Shown here: one piece after another, positions 26,501-35,945 of the stretch
Layout: every line of letters begins with the position of its first letter
Numbering within the stretch: the first letter of the stretch is position 1
Source: Catajapyx aquilonaris
Taxonomy: Eukaryota
Direction: 5' to 3'
Length of the DNA: 36,158 nt
Assembly (NCBI GenBank): GCA_000934665.2
Contig: JYFJ02005423.1
Span: forward strand, 1 to 36,158
The notes under the pieces: model-generated
Seen by the model: the letters and a program-made list of their open reading frames with translations, nothing else
Databases searched by the model: none
What the model was told of the DNA's origin: nothing
Program-made: the position numbers and the translations under genes

Positions 26501-29500
26501 TTGCTTGATCTTCTTGAACTTCTGCTGGCCCTTCAACCTCCCTGCATCTCCCATGTCCTATCAGAAAATAGCGGAAACGAATTTTAATTCCTTCTCCAGT
26601 CGCCAAAATACACCCAAAAACTCACCATGGCCGAATAAGAACCAGCGAGAGCAGTGACAGGGTCTTCACTTGGTCTTCCTGGATGCGAATTAGCAGCAAA
26701 CTTGTTATTCTACAGAGAGAGAGAAAAAGTTTGAAGTGCATTCATATCAATAAGAAAACTGGTAATGTTTGGTTTCGATTGCATTACTTAAAAATTAACC
26801 TCTGTGTAAGTGTAACCCAGTTATAGTTATGATAATGTGCTATCTGCATACATAAATTGTGACATTCTCCTTCTCTGATTGAACATGTAATTAACACCAA
26901 CTAACCTCCCTTGGTGGCCTCCTCAAATTCCTTGCATGTGGGGGCTGATAGATGGATGCTTGATTCTGCTGCTGCCTTCTGTCCTCTGTCCTGTATGATC
27001 CGCGTCCCCTACTTCGAGGCTGCCATGCCTCATGAGCCCTATCATTTTCTGCTTCCATGTCATCCTCCTCCTCCCCAACAGGCCTGACAATAGCTGTAGG
27101 CCGACCTCCCCTCTCCCTAGCCTGCTCCACTCTAGCCCCATAGCTGATGTTCAGCAAAGCCATTGGTCCCAGGCGATACCCCTTCTTCCCTTCGCATCGG
27201 ATCACCATCCCCCCAACAAATTCCCGATCAAACACTACATCATACATAATGTCAACCTCCTTTTCCGCCTTGTGGACGCCAATCACTGTCCCCTTTAAGC
27301 AGACTGGAACTGTTCCACCCTCCTTGACGCATACGACCCTGTCGAAGAGGCTGTAGGTGGCAGATGGATCAGGTGTGATGCATCCAGTCTGGAGTGAGCT
27401 CTTGTACAGCAAATGGGGCTGCACTTGCATGCGCTTTTTCTGGAGGCGCTGACTCCGGTTTCTCTCCGATACTTTCCGAACCTCCTCCTCAATGGCAGCC
27501 ACTATCTCCTCTTCCAAGATCTCTGTCCCGCACTTCTGACGCCCAACTTGGCTGTACGGGTGGGCCTTCAACCAGGCTGTCATCTCTTGCACCCTGCTGG
27601 ACCTGCAATAAAATAAGGACTAAGTCTGCAGGTCCTACCTTCCAGGAATATCTTTCACTGAACAACACATGCGCATGTAGAACTTCATATCCATCAATCA
27701 CTAAATGACTCTCAATATCAGAAACGCTCCTCACCCTGGAACACGCCAAATGTCATCCTCAAAGAAGACATCATTCCCCACGCTGGAGGCAACAAAGTCC
27801 ACAAAGTCTTCAAATTGTGTCATGTACTCCTCAAGCAGCCTTACAGCCTTCTCAGAGTAAGTCCAGGCACCATCCAAAGTCTTCCTTGTATATCCTGGCA
27901 CCTCCTCATTCTTCTTTGTAAACTTGAGGTTGAGTCCCAAGTTGGCCCTGTGGTCCTGGTGTCGTTCCTTATTACCGGGGCTCACATACATCGAACCAGT
28001 GATACGGGAGAGAACATGGGAAGAGATTCCGAGCCTCTGGGCAGCTACATGGCCAGGCAGATAGTTAGGACGGAGATGACGCTTCCTGCGACGGACACTC
28101 TCAAGAGCTGGTTCCTCTTCAACAAAGACAATTACGTTCACCAATCCATTGTGACGTGACTCCACTGACACAACTTCAGCATGGCAACCATAGTGTGGAT
28201 GGCCCAGCATAAAACATGATGAGCCTTCAGGGAACACGTCAGAGAGGCTGCTGAATTGTGTCGGGGTGGAACAATGTGCCGCAATGTCCTTCACAGTTGT
28301 CTGCAGTGCGTAGCTGAATGGGTTGCGTGAATACTGCTTTTCCAGAGTGATGCGTCCACTGTGGCCAAATATGTACTTCCGCCCAGTCATCGGACAACAC
28401 TGGAGTATGATATCGATCTCACCAAGCTCTACACCCAAGCGACTGAAGTAGCTGCAAGAACATAGTAATTATTTTTACTCATTTTTATTACAGGTACTAT
28501 GACTACTGGCTTTCAGATCACATTCATTGCCTTCTGCCTGGCTCAACCACCAAAATAATTAACATGCCATTAACAGCTCATTTGAATCAGTCCCAACCAA
28601 TCCACCAATATGAAGACTAATCTCTTGGCCATGTTTTGATTCGATTTGGACCACCATGCAATGGTTTTTTAAATGTGAACTTACTGCTCTCGCAGAGATT
28701 TTTCCTGCAGTGCTAGAATCTTTCTTCCGTCATTGTCTTGGTCCTCCATCTCAATTTCAATCTGTCCATTCTCTGCAGTTTTGTTCTTCATCCTGTACTT
28801 CACATCAGCATTAGCTAAACTAACCACCCTGTGCAAAAAAAAACAAAAAAACACGTTAATTATTGCAATAAAACAACTAAGACACATTTCAAATTTTGCG
28901 GTTCAAGTCATGCATTCAAATTACCTGGCTTCTACCAGATGGGGCCAAGCAACATAAATTTCCTTTCCCAGCAAATCCTCAGCCACTTCTTGCACATTTG
29001 GACGTCCTTGATCACATACGTAAAGCATCATATTTTCACCTCGGCTTAGATTGTCAAACACTTTCACGCCCTTCTTCTCTAAAGAACCCTGTAAAAAAGT
29101 ATTTGAAGTGATTAGTTATGTGAAAAAAACTATCCCAAGAGTGACAATAATAATTAAATAAGACAACACAGTGGAGTCACCAGCCAGGTCACCAAAGATT
29201 ATTACTGACAATAAGCAAGTCTATCAACAAGGCTGATTGTGCAAGTTGTCTTGTCCACTGTTCACTCAAAACAGGAATACATTTTACAGCCGTGCAGATG
29301 CCTTTGCATGTCAATGCATTCAATGGACTCTTCACCTTTACACTAATCCAACACCAACCTTATGAGGAATGTGCTTCAGGGTTGGGAATCCTGGATAGTA
29401 CACATCCAGCTTGACATCTGGGCAAAGGCCTTTCTTGAGCTTGGCCGGCTCCACAAATAAATCCTCTCGGGACACTTCCGTGCACTGGGCGTGGCTAATG

Positions 29501-32500
29501 TCAATGTCAGGGAAGATACCAGGGGACTCGTACTTCCCCAGGTTCTCTGGAGTGTATGTGTACAAGTTCATGGGGCCGTGCTTGTTGCGGTTCTTCTCCT
29601 CGTCAGTCAGGCTGTCATGTAGTGGTGTCATGGCCGTCACCAAACGCTCCTGATTAAAGTTGGGGACAGCATTCATTAATGTTATACATCTCACCGAATA
29701 TGAGATAGCTATTATTATTGCCCACATTTCAAACCATGTGATCACACACAACGACATAAAGATAGATTCAGTGAGCTTCATGTATAGCAAACACAGCTAA
29801 GCCAGTTTAAAAAATAAACCCACCTCAGAAATGAAAGGAATAAGGACAACAGCTTCCCACTCTTGTTGCTTCCCATTCAAATCAGTCTTGAAGTCCGGAG
29901 GGTAATACTCCAGAATTGGGGATTCTGGATTTATCATTAGAGACTGGTAGGCAGCAGGCAGCAATTTGCCACTAGAAACATTTAATCCGTTAGCTTAATA
30001 CGTTGGGACATAAGAAACTCATGATCAACTCTTTTTAAGAAATGTATGCACCTGGCAGCTGGCAAGACGGCGAGAAGTTGCTCAAAGGGTAAGAAAGGCC
30101 TACCCATGTCGAACTCCAACTTGAAGTTGGAGAAGTTCTTGATATCAGATATGTACGGGGCGTAGTGGTGTGGATAGTACCAGGACCAGGAACAAACTCC
30201 GTTGTAGTAATAATGAAGGTTCCACTGGATTGCTCGAACGTATCCCTGGGCCTGGTCCTGCATCACCTCCGAGGTCACCTGCTTGTATTCCAGTTTGTTC
30301 ATGTAGTAGTCACGCTTGTGCTGCTTGAATTCCCCCAACATGAGAGGGTCATCAGATTCAAATGCAGCCAAAGCGGCCTCATCAGATGAAGATTTGCTCT
30401 CCTCTGTTTCTTCGCTCTCAAATGCATATTCCTGAAAAGTAAAAGCAGGTGTTAAAACTGAAATGCACTCACAAAACACTCCCAATCTCCATACATTGTT
30501 TACGCAAATTTTGTACAATTATGCATCGCCACAGATATTAAAAACCCACTGTACCAAGCCTCAGCTTACACTCAAGTACTGTACCTCGGTTTCATCGATG
30601 AGAGCCTTCAAATCTGAATCCATTTCTCGGTCATTCCCTGGCAAGTTATTCAAATTATCATGAGACACATCAGGCTCAAACTGTGAATTAGAGAAACCTA
30701 TGAGTGAAGTTTCTGATAACATGACAGCGATTTTCTACCTGATCCAGTGGCTTATCCTCTGGTGATTCTTTACAAGAATCGTTGATGTCTTCGTCCATGA
30801 TAGGGTCAATGTTTGGCAATGCAGAAAGCTTGGGCTGAAAAGTGCAGCTTTATTAAACGCTACAAATTAAATGAAAAAAATATATGTGGAAAAGAGAGGT
30901 TGTTAAGGCTTACCCGCTTTTGAGCACCCATCTTTCGCCCAGTCTTTCCCTCAAAGTACTTCAGGTCGGCATACGTGTCATTGAATCTTTCATAGTCGAG
31001 TTGAGACAGCTTCACCATAAACTTCTCAAATCGCTCAAGATTCAGATAACCGTCTTCATTGATGTACCCTACAAAACAAAATAATCATCAGCCACAAATC
31101 TAGCTGTATTGCAACCAGGAAAAAATCATGCATTGAGCTTACCCAAAGCCAAAGCCAATGTACTTAGTTAAAGACACTACAGTTTAATCCGAATATAACA
31201 GACATCAAGTGACAGTGGTTATAACCGAATACACAGGCCATGCATGGAAGTATGCAGGGACCAGCCTTTCAAGTCTGTTACAACTGAAAGTCTGTTATAG
31301 CTGAGGCTGTTACATCCGGATTCAACTGTATTACTGACACATATTGCATTAAAGATAAAGTTTTAAAAATTACCATCAAGAGTTGGGAGGACATCAATGT
31401 AATTGCAGTAGAGTGCTGGAAGGGCTCCATGAACAATGTGCATATCAGGCAGATGGGGAATGAAGTCGTTTCCAACGAGAAACCCCATCAAAACCCAATC
31501 GTCTATGACCCTCTCCAGGTCATACTGAAAGGGTAGCTTCCCAGGCTCCTGCAGTGCTGCAAATTCCAGGCCTAAGTATTCCCTCAGCAAGGAGAGGTGA
31601 AGCAAATGAAATGTGGTCTCTTCAGGGGTCTGCGTCCTCTGCTGACTCTTCTTTCCACCGAACCTGACCTCCTCACGTAGCAGGGAGAAGTGAGGCTCAT
31701 GGGTGCAGAGCCCAAGCATAATAAGGTCAGCATCAAGCCCGTAGAGGCAATGCCGCGTGTTAGGGTCATACCCAGCCTGGGATTTCTGCCATCGGATAAA
31801 ATCCATAATCTTGTGCTCCCCTTCCCCAGGGGTTTCATGACCAGACAGGTACACATTCACATCATTCCACTGCTTGTCTGTTGAGATCTTCAGGTTGACA
31901 AAGTACTTGAGTTGATCTTGAAGTCTGGCCATGAATGCAGTGCCAGGGGTGATGCAATTGGAATCGAAACGTTCCTCCGTGGGGAGAATCTCCCCACGTT
32001 CTTTGGCACGGTGCTCTAGTATCTCCGCCTCTTTGGCAGAGCGAAAGCGGCGGCCACGCTGCTGATTCATCTTGGCCCTGGGGGCCACGCCGTCCACTGC
32101 CATGAAGAAGACCTTTCGTGGTTGGATCATACGGAACAGGCACTAGGATTGTACGTGGATAGAAAAGAGGGGAAAGAAAGAGAAAATTAAAAAATTACAT
32201 TACTGTAGTTGTAAGTTCAAGGCAGAACCAGACTGAAAAGGATTCCAATCAAAATATTAATGTCGTGGAAGATGTCCAGGCAGGGAATTGCTCTATTCCA
32301 CTAACTGCCAGACATACCCTACAAATTTTTTTACCAGGACAAATCAAATATTTCCTAGCGATCAGGTTTCACTGCACCAGCAAGTCACTTGGGATAATTT
32401 TAATGCATGTGTGCAAATTTTGATTTTCCTAATATAACTTTGTATCGCAAAATTCATTCTTAATTTGTACTTGAATTTGTTTGAGCATTCAGGCTTAACC

Positions 32501-34145
32501 ACCACTACGTCTAAATATGCACATTTTCCCCACCACTTAATCCGGCTTTTTTTTTTTTTTTACCCCATTGGAGAGAACGGTGCTCTTTTAGCAGGGTTGT
32601 TACAGCTGGGCTCGACCAAAAAGAAAACAGTAGCTTTTTTTGGGTGGGCCCACCTTTAAAATACCCGCTAAACACCCACCTTATATTTATTTATTTATTA
32701 TTTACTTATACCCCATTGGGCGCTCCATTAGGGGAGTGGAGTACCACCATTGGATGGGGCCCAAGTATAGGGAAGGAAGGAAGCGGCTGTGGCCTATTAT
32801 ATGGAAGCAACCCCTGCTTCGGTAAAACCCACCTTACATAAAACCCACTAAAAAGTTAAAATCCACCTTGGCTTTTTCAGTTTTTCATCCTAATGCTGAA
32901 ATTTTTAAAGTATTAATACTGTTGAGTCTGTTGAACTCTGATTCTCTGAACACTCTCCCATCTGGCAGTCTCCCATCCCAGATCCAATGTGAAAATTCGA
33001 ACTGCATCAGTGGGGAATTCCCTTCCATCTTGCACAGCCATTGGTTCTCCCAAGTGGCACATCATTCAATAGCATTCAAGATTTCAAGTGGACATTACGC
33101 AGTGATAAAACGAAACATAAAATTGACAGAAAAACCCCCAAAACCCAAAAACCCGGGTGGTTTGATTTAAAAAAAATAAAAAAATAATAAAAAAAAACGA
33201 GTTTTTCCAACCCTGTCTTTTAGGGAATGGTAAATAAACCACTGTAAATTCCATTTTTTGAATTTTTCTTCAATATTGGTGCAAGGACGAAAGGACATGG
33301 GGGGACATGGGGTAAGGGTGGGGATTTTTTGGGAAGGGGACACAGGCGCAGGTGCAATGTTGGAAAATGGGTCATGTGCAGTCCCCAGGAGGCTAGGTTG
33401 GCAGACACCTCCAAGGTACGGGTCAGACCCTCCCGAAAAAGGCGAACGGGAGGTCCTGGGCAGGAATTGAACCCGGGACCTTTCGCTCAGCCACCACACC
33501 TCCCCAATCTGGCTTACTTACTTCAATGTAATGGAAGATGGCTTCAAAGATCTGCTCCTCCGTGATACGAAAGTGAGGGTCTGCATCGTTTGGATGTGAG
33601 CAGACATGAATAATCCCATTCATGTCCAGGTACAGGTTGTCAAATTCAGGAATCTGGAAGACCATCCCATTAAATATATATTTATCGGAACACACCATTT
33701 TTAAAAGATCAAGCAGTAAATCATGCCACCTTTGAAGAATACATAAAAAATTCTTTATGTAATAATCTTATTCCAGACAAAGGATATGTAACACCCATTA
33801 TTATTATTGTTGCTATTTCAGGCTCGCTGTCACCGAACCTGAGTAATTTCATCACATTTTGTAACATTTTGCAACATGAGCATGGCAGCATGGATGAAGC
33901 TTCGGCCTGCATATGGCATGTCCGGTGCATGGTAACAACCCAGCGGTTCTATTCCTCTGGCCAACGTGTGCCCAACCAGAGCTCCAAGGGCACAGCAGAC
34001 ACAGTGAGACACTCTTTGAGATAGAACAACTAGGCCCAGCGGCGTCCTTCCTTTCCCCCCACGGCGTTACCTGATACTCCTTGACAACTTCGCTGAGGCA
34101 GGGATACCGCTCGCTCAGCCAACGGTAGAACTTGGGCACTCCCAT
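19464..34145 (-). CDS. XRN1: 5'-3' exoribonuclease 1 (XRN1/pacman), spliced gene span; 18 exons inferred, 5433 nt CDS, about 1810 aa
   Basis: N-terminus MGVPKFYRWLSERYP; XRN motifs FDNLYLDMNGIIH, AVDGVAPRAKMNQQRGRRFRS, FDSNCITPGT, PGEGEHKIM, HCLYGLDADL, FLVGNDFIP, SWSWYYPHHYAP, PFEQLLAVLP, DLNGKQQEWE. The extension GFPTL...WPHL...NLGLNLKF...LFDRVV and the long tail identify XRN1 rather than XRN2. All joined exons have GT-AG ends and compatible phases. Confidence 0.97.
20944..21753. mobile_element. Non-autonomous piggyBac-type element
   Basis: TTAA on both sides (20940-20943, 21754-21757); 17-bp terminal IR CCCT..GATGGTGACAT; perfect 19-bp subterminal IR GCCTCTTTTTGTGACCAAG (20962-20980 / 21691-21709); asymmetric spacers of 1 and 27 bp. 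Confidence 0.85.
21377..21435 (+). mobile_element. Left-end fragment of the same Tc1/mariner MITE family, nested in the piggyBac element
   Basis: TA|CAGTTGAATCCAGATATAACAG...GTCTGTTATAGC matches the TIR and internal motif of 31180-31328. Confidence 0.55.
21779..21904. mobile_element. MITE, probably PIF/Harbinger (Tourist-like)
   Basis: 25-bp TIRs GGGGCCGTGCAGACGGGCCAAGCTT / AAGCTTGGCCCATCTGCCTGGCCCC (3 mismatches); 3-bp ATA flanks; internal GGCCAACTT / AAGTTGGCC hairpin. Confidence 0.7.
22139..22269. mobile_element. Foldback MITE-like element
   Basis: Outer IR GTGGATGCATCAAATG / CATTTGATGAATCCAC, middle IR GTCGTAACT / AGTTACGAC, inner perfect IR GTAACCATAGTTA / TAACTATGGTTAC. Confidence 0.62.
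22283..22429. mobile_element. Degenerate MITE (Harbinger-like ends)
   Basis: Ends TTAAAGCCGC...GCGATTTATCA and TGATCAAATCACCCGCATGTAAACGCGGTTTAA are partly complementary. Confidence 0.4.
23177..23230 (-). repeat. 25-bp inverted repeat (hairpin) in the last XRN1 intron
   Basis: CTACACCATCGCAATGTGGAGTAAT-GGTT-ATTACTCCACATTACGATGGTGTAG; the single mismatch is a G-U pair on the minus strand. Confidence 0.9.
24327..24425 (-). CDS. XRN1: XRN1 exon 17 (KKDKEKESG...SGDEFLK)
   Basis: ttgcag|AAG; donor AAG|GTACGA; 99 nt, open, phase 0-0. Confidence 0.75.
25630..25761 (-). CDS. XRN1: XRN1 exon 16 (VLNPPAAVS...PTEFMAFWNELQ)
   Basis: ttgcag|GTT; donor CAG|GTAAAG; 132 nt, open; EF..xW..LQ resembles a motif I recall from the vertebrate XRN1 tail. 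Confidence 0.82.
26435..26557 (-). CDS. XRN1: XRN1 exon 15 (DMGDAGRLKG...DLGRAL)
   Basis: tgatag|GAC; donor TTG|GTAAGT; 123 nt, open. Confidence 0.78.
26626..26709 (-). CDS. XRN1: XRN1 exon 14 (NNKFAANSH...GSYSAM)
   Basis: CT-rich tract then tgtag|AAT; donor ATG|GTGAGT; 84 nt, open. Confidence 0.8.
26906..27602 (-). CDS. XRN1: XRN1 exon 13 (SSRVQEMTAWLK...LFDRVV...RRPPRE), SH3-like domain
   Basis: ttgcag|G; donor GAG|GTTAGT; LFDRVV, VP...KGTVIG, YDVVFD.EF.GG and LLNISYG motifs. Confidence 0.93.
27735..28451 (-). CDS. XRN1: XRN1 exon 12 (YFSRLGVELG...NLGLNLKF...DDIWRVPG)
   Basis: ttgcag|C; donor GG|GTGAGG; matches ORF 27731..28438; XRN1-specific extension domains. Confidence 0.94.
28685..28828 (-). 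CDS. XRN1: XRN1 exon 11 (VVSLANADVKY...KSLRE)
   Basis: gcacag|G; donor CA|GTAAGT; phase 2-2. Confidence 0.9.
28925..29088 (-). CDS. XRN1: XRN1 exon 10 (GSLEKKGVKVF...VAWPHLVEAR)
   Basis: tttacag|GGT; donor AG|GTAATT, phase 2; GV.VF...SR.E and WPHL.EA motifs. Confidence 0.92.
29359..29649 (-). CDS. XRN1: XRN1 exon 9 (ERLVTAM...PGFPTLKHIPHK)
   Basis: aatcag|GAG; donor AAG|GTTGGT; 291 nt. Confidence 0.93.
29824..29971 (-). CDS. XRN1: XRN1 exon 8 (GKLLPAAYQSLM...DLNGKQQEWEAVVLIPFISE)
   Basis: ttctag|T; donor GAG|GTGGGT; conserved motifs; not in the ORF track. Confidence 0.94.
30052..30431 (-). CDS. XRN1: XRN1 exon 7 (EYAFESE...SWSWYYPHHYAP...LLAVLPAA)
   Basis: tttcag|GAA; donor AG|GTGCAT, phase 2; second conserved XRN region. 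Confidence 0.94.
30585..30680 (-). CDS. XRN1: XRN1 exon 6 (FEPDVSHD...LKALIDETE), acidic linker
   Basis: tcacag| to GAG|GTACAG; 96 nt, open, phase 0-0; preceded by a 58-nt intron. Confidence 0.8.
30739..30834 (-). CDS. XRN1: XRN1 exon 5 (PKLSALPNID...KPLDQ), acidic linker
   Basis: tttcag| to CAG|GTAGAA; 96 nt, open, phase 0-0. Confidence 0.8.
30914..31068 (-). CDS. XRN1: XRN1 exon 4 (YINEDGYLNLERFEKF...GAQKR)
   Basis: Acceptor ttgtag|GG; donor CGG|GTAAGC; conserved GYINE.G.LNL.RFEKF. Confidence 0.93.
31180..31328. mobile_element. Tc1/mariner (pogo/Tigger-like) MITE in XRN1 intron 3
   Basis: TA flanks; imperfect 22-bp TIRs CAGTTTAATCCGAATATAACAG / CTGTTACATCCGGATTCAACTG; a related left end occurs at 21377. 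Confidence 0.75.
31374..32142 (-). CDS. XRN1: XRN1 exon 3 (CLFRMIQPRK...LPTLDG), catalytic core
   Basis: Acceptor cctag|TGC; donor G|GTAATT, phase 1; contains DGVAPRAK, GEGEHK, GLDADL and GNDF. Confidence 0.96.
32592..33215. mobile_element. Non-autonomous hAT-type DNA transposon (MITE)
   Basis: Termini CAGGGTTG / CAACCCTG; subterminal AAACCC and GGGTGG repeats; perfect 8-bp TSD TCTTTTAG at 32584-32591 and 33216-33223 (an 8-bp TSD is typical of hAT). Confidence 0.85.
32687..32826 (-). mobile_element. 5'-truncated retroposon 3' end nested in the hAT element
   Basis: Minus-strand CCAATGGGGTA followed by a (TAAA)n tail; flanking direct repeat ACCCACCTTA at 32674-32683 and 32827-32836. Confidence 0.68.
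33522..33653 (-). CDS. XRN1: XRN1 exon 2 (IPEFDNLYLDMNGIIH...IFHYIE)
   Basis: Acceptor ttccag|ATT; donor GAA|GTAAGT; 132 nt. Confidence 0.95.
34071..34145 (-). CDS. XRN1: XRN1 exon 1 (MGVPKFYRWLSERYPCLSEVVKEYQ)
   Basis: ATG in gaccATGG context; donor CAG|GTAACG, phase 0. Confidence 0.95.
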
Positions 34146-34600
34146 GGTCTACGGTGTGTGGGAGGGTTTCTTCTCAGGCAAGCGGTGGGGGCCTCCCTCG
34201 AGGAAAGGGGAAAGGCCGATCAAAATTATCAGGAAACTGCTTCGAGAGCAGATCCGAAAGAAAGGAATGAAAAATAAAATATGGCGAAGGCAGGGGGACA
34301 GGGTTGCCAGGGGCACCGCGAACATACACTTTGCCAGTTAAAGAACTATCCAACAGAAGGAATTTAATGCTTTTTATCAATTTAATCGTGTACTGCAAAC
34401 TTTTAAAGTGTTGAATAGGTTTACTTGTGTGTTCGACTGTGGTCTTGCTGGTAACTCTGTAGCGTGATGACGTCAGGTCTGCGGGACGTGAGCGGGACCT
34501 TCGAAAAGATTAATGCACTTCATGTAATGATAATATGACCTTCGAGTTTTATCAGCAATGCCGTAACGCAGCAGGGACAACAAAGTCACGCCAGAGAAAA
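34146..34600. promoter_or_regulatory. CpG-retaining XRN1 promoter/5' UTR region, possibly bidirectional
   Basis: Local CpG-rich stretch between two CpG-poor zones; perfect CRE palindrome TGACGTCA at 34468-34475; YY1-like AATATGGCG at 34278-34286; GGGTTGCCAG at 34301-34310. Confidence 0.6.
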
Positions 34601-35530
34601 TTGCAACGGACTGAAATAATGACAATCATTACTGACAATGCCGGTTGTCGGTTTAGCAACAAATAAGGTTGCATGATATTTTTTTATGACTGATAGAAAT
34701 AGAAATACTGCCATGATAACCTCATTAAATCAAATGATTATGACAATGGCGAGATGTAAGCAGTGTGTATATTTGCACGAGCTAGAATTACAGCGAAGGA
34801 ATATATCACTGCAGTTCTGGCATGATTTCTTAATCATTGCAATGGGTTGTGAAAAAGATGCTGATGGGCCCTACTATGTAACATGCAGTGGGGCTCTGGT
34901 AGGCTTATCTATGGCACTATTTAGCAGGATAATAATTATATGGCATACCCTTCAGTAGTTTCATTGTTTCCTGATAATGTGGCAGATGAGACAAAAGCAG
35001 TCCAGTTAATTACACAATGCCATGATAACAAATTCATGATATCCTCTGGGTGGATGTGATGCGGTAATTATATTGCCCTAATGAGGAAAGCACAAAGAAC
35101 CCGCATGACACCATATGTAGTAATTTGCCCAGAGTCTATATGAAACAGGTCCTGAATTAGAAACTTGTTTCGTATTAGCCAATGCATAATTAAAATATAA
35201 TTATATAAATTATTGACTGTTTATTATTATTAGATTATTTCAAAGTCTGGCTGCAGAGACACTCCTGAGTCCTGACAAAATAATAACTCCATCTCCTTGT
35301 ACACTACGAGTCCTGATGAAAAAATACAGAGGGATCATTCTAGGATGCAAACCCTTTACTGTACCCTAGCATGAGAGATGGGCCACTGGCATAGTCACAT
35401 GATGGTCAATTTCAATGGACCATGTTGTAAGCGTGACACAGAGTAATAATTATCAAATAATTTTATCGAATACTGTGTTGGCCTATAATTTTGGGCCAAG
35501 TATGACCATCCTTTAAATGATCAACCTTAA

Positions 35531-35685
35531 CCTTGTAATGCCCACTAATCTAAGTAATGCCCACTGGGTCATATCTGGCACACCATTTAGTGCAATTTTT
35601 GCAACTTTTGCAATTTTTATATTTCCTGTAAGTGCCAAATTGCACTAAATGGTGTGCCAGATATGACCCGAGGGGCATTACAGGG
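35531..35685. mobile_element. piggyBac-type MITE
   Basis: TTAA flanks (35527-35530, 35686-35689); ends CCTTGTAATGCCC / GGGCATTACAGGG; perfect 33-bp internal IR 35566-35598 / 35637-35669. Confidence 0.82.
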
Positions 35686-35849
35686 TTAATAAGGCATGCT
35701 TAGTAATACTCACATTTTGGGGACCCTTCATCAGCAGCACTAGACATCTTAGATTTGTTAACGTGAGTCTCAATCCCTTTCCCTACCTTATATCCTGAAC
35801 CAGCCCTTGCACGGAGATTGAAGTAAAAATAGAAAACTGATTGTGGTGT

Positions 35850-35906
35850 GCCACCCCCCTAAACGAGCCGAAGGCTCGAGCACGGGGTATCAATTTAAAA
35901 AAAAAA

Positions 35907-35945
<39 letters not shown>
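35850..35945 (+). repeat. Probable retroposon 3' end with poly(A) and (TTA)n tail
   Basis: Hairpin CGAGCC-GAA-GGCTCG (35864-35878), then CACGGGGTA, an A run and (TTA)n at 35908-35945. Confidence 0.55.

Larger units (their letters stand above)
32549..33505 (-). mobile_element. tRNA-derived SINE in XRN1 intron 2, interrupted by a hAT-type element
   Basis: Minus-strand head GGGGAGG...AAGGTCCCGGGTTCAATTCCTGCCC, similar to the SINE at 14515; 3' end CCAATGGGGTA plus poly(A) at 32549-32571; 10-bp TSD AATCYGGCTT at 32539-32548 and 33506-33515. Confidence 0.8.
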
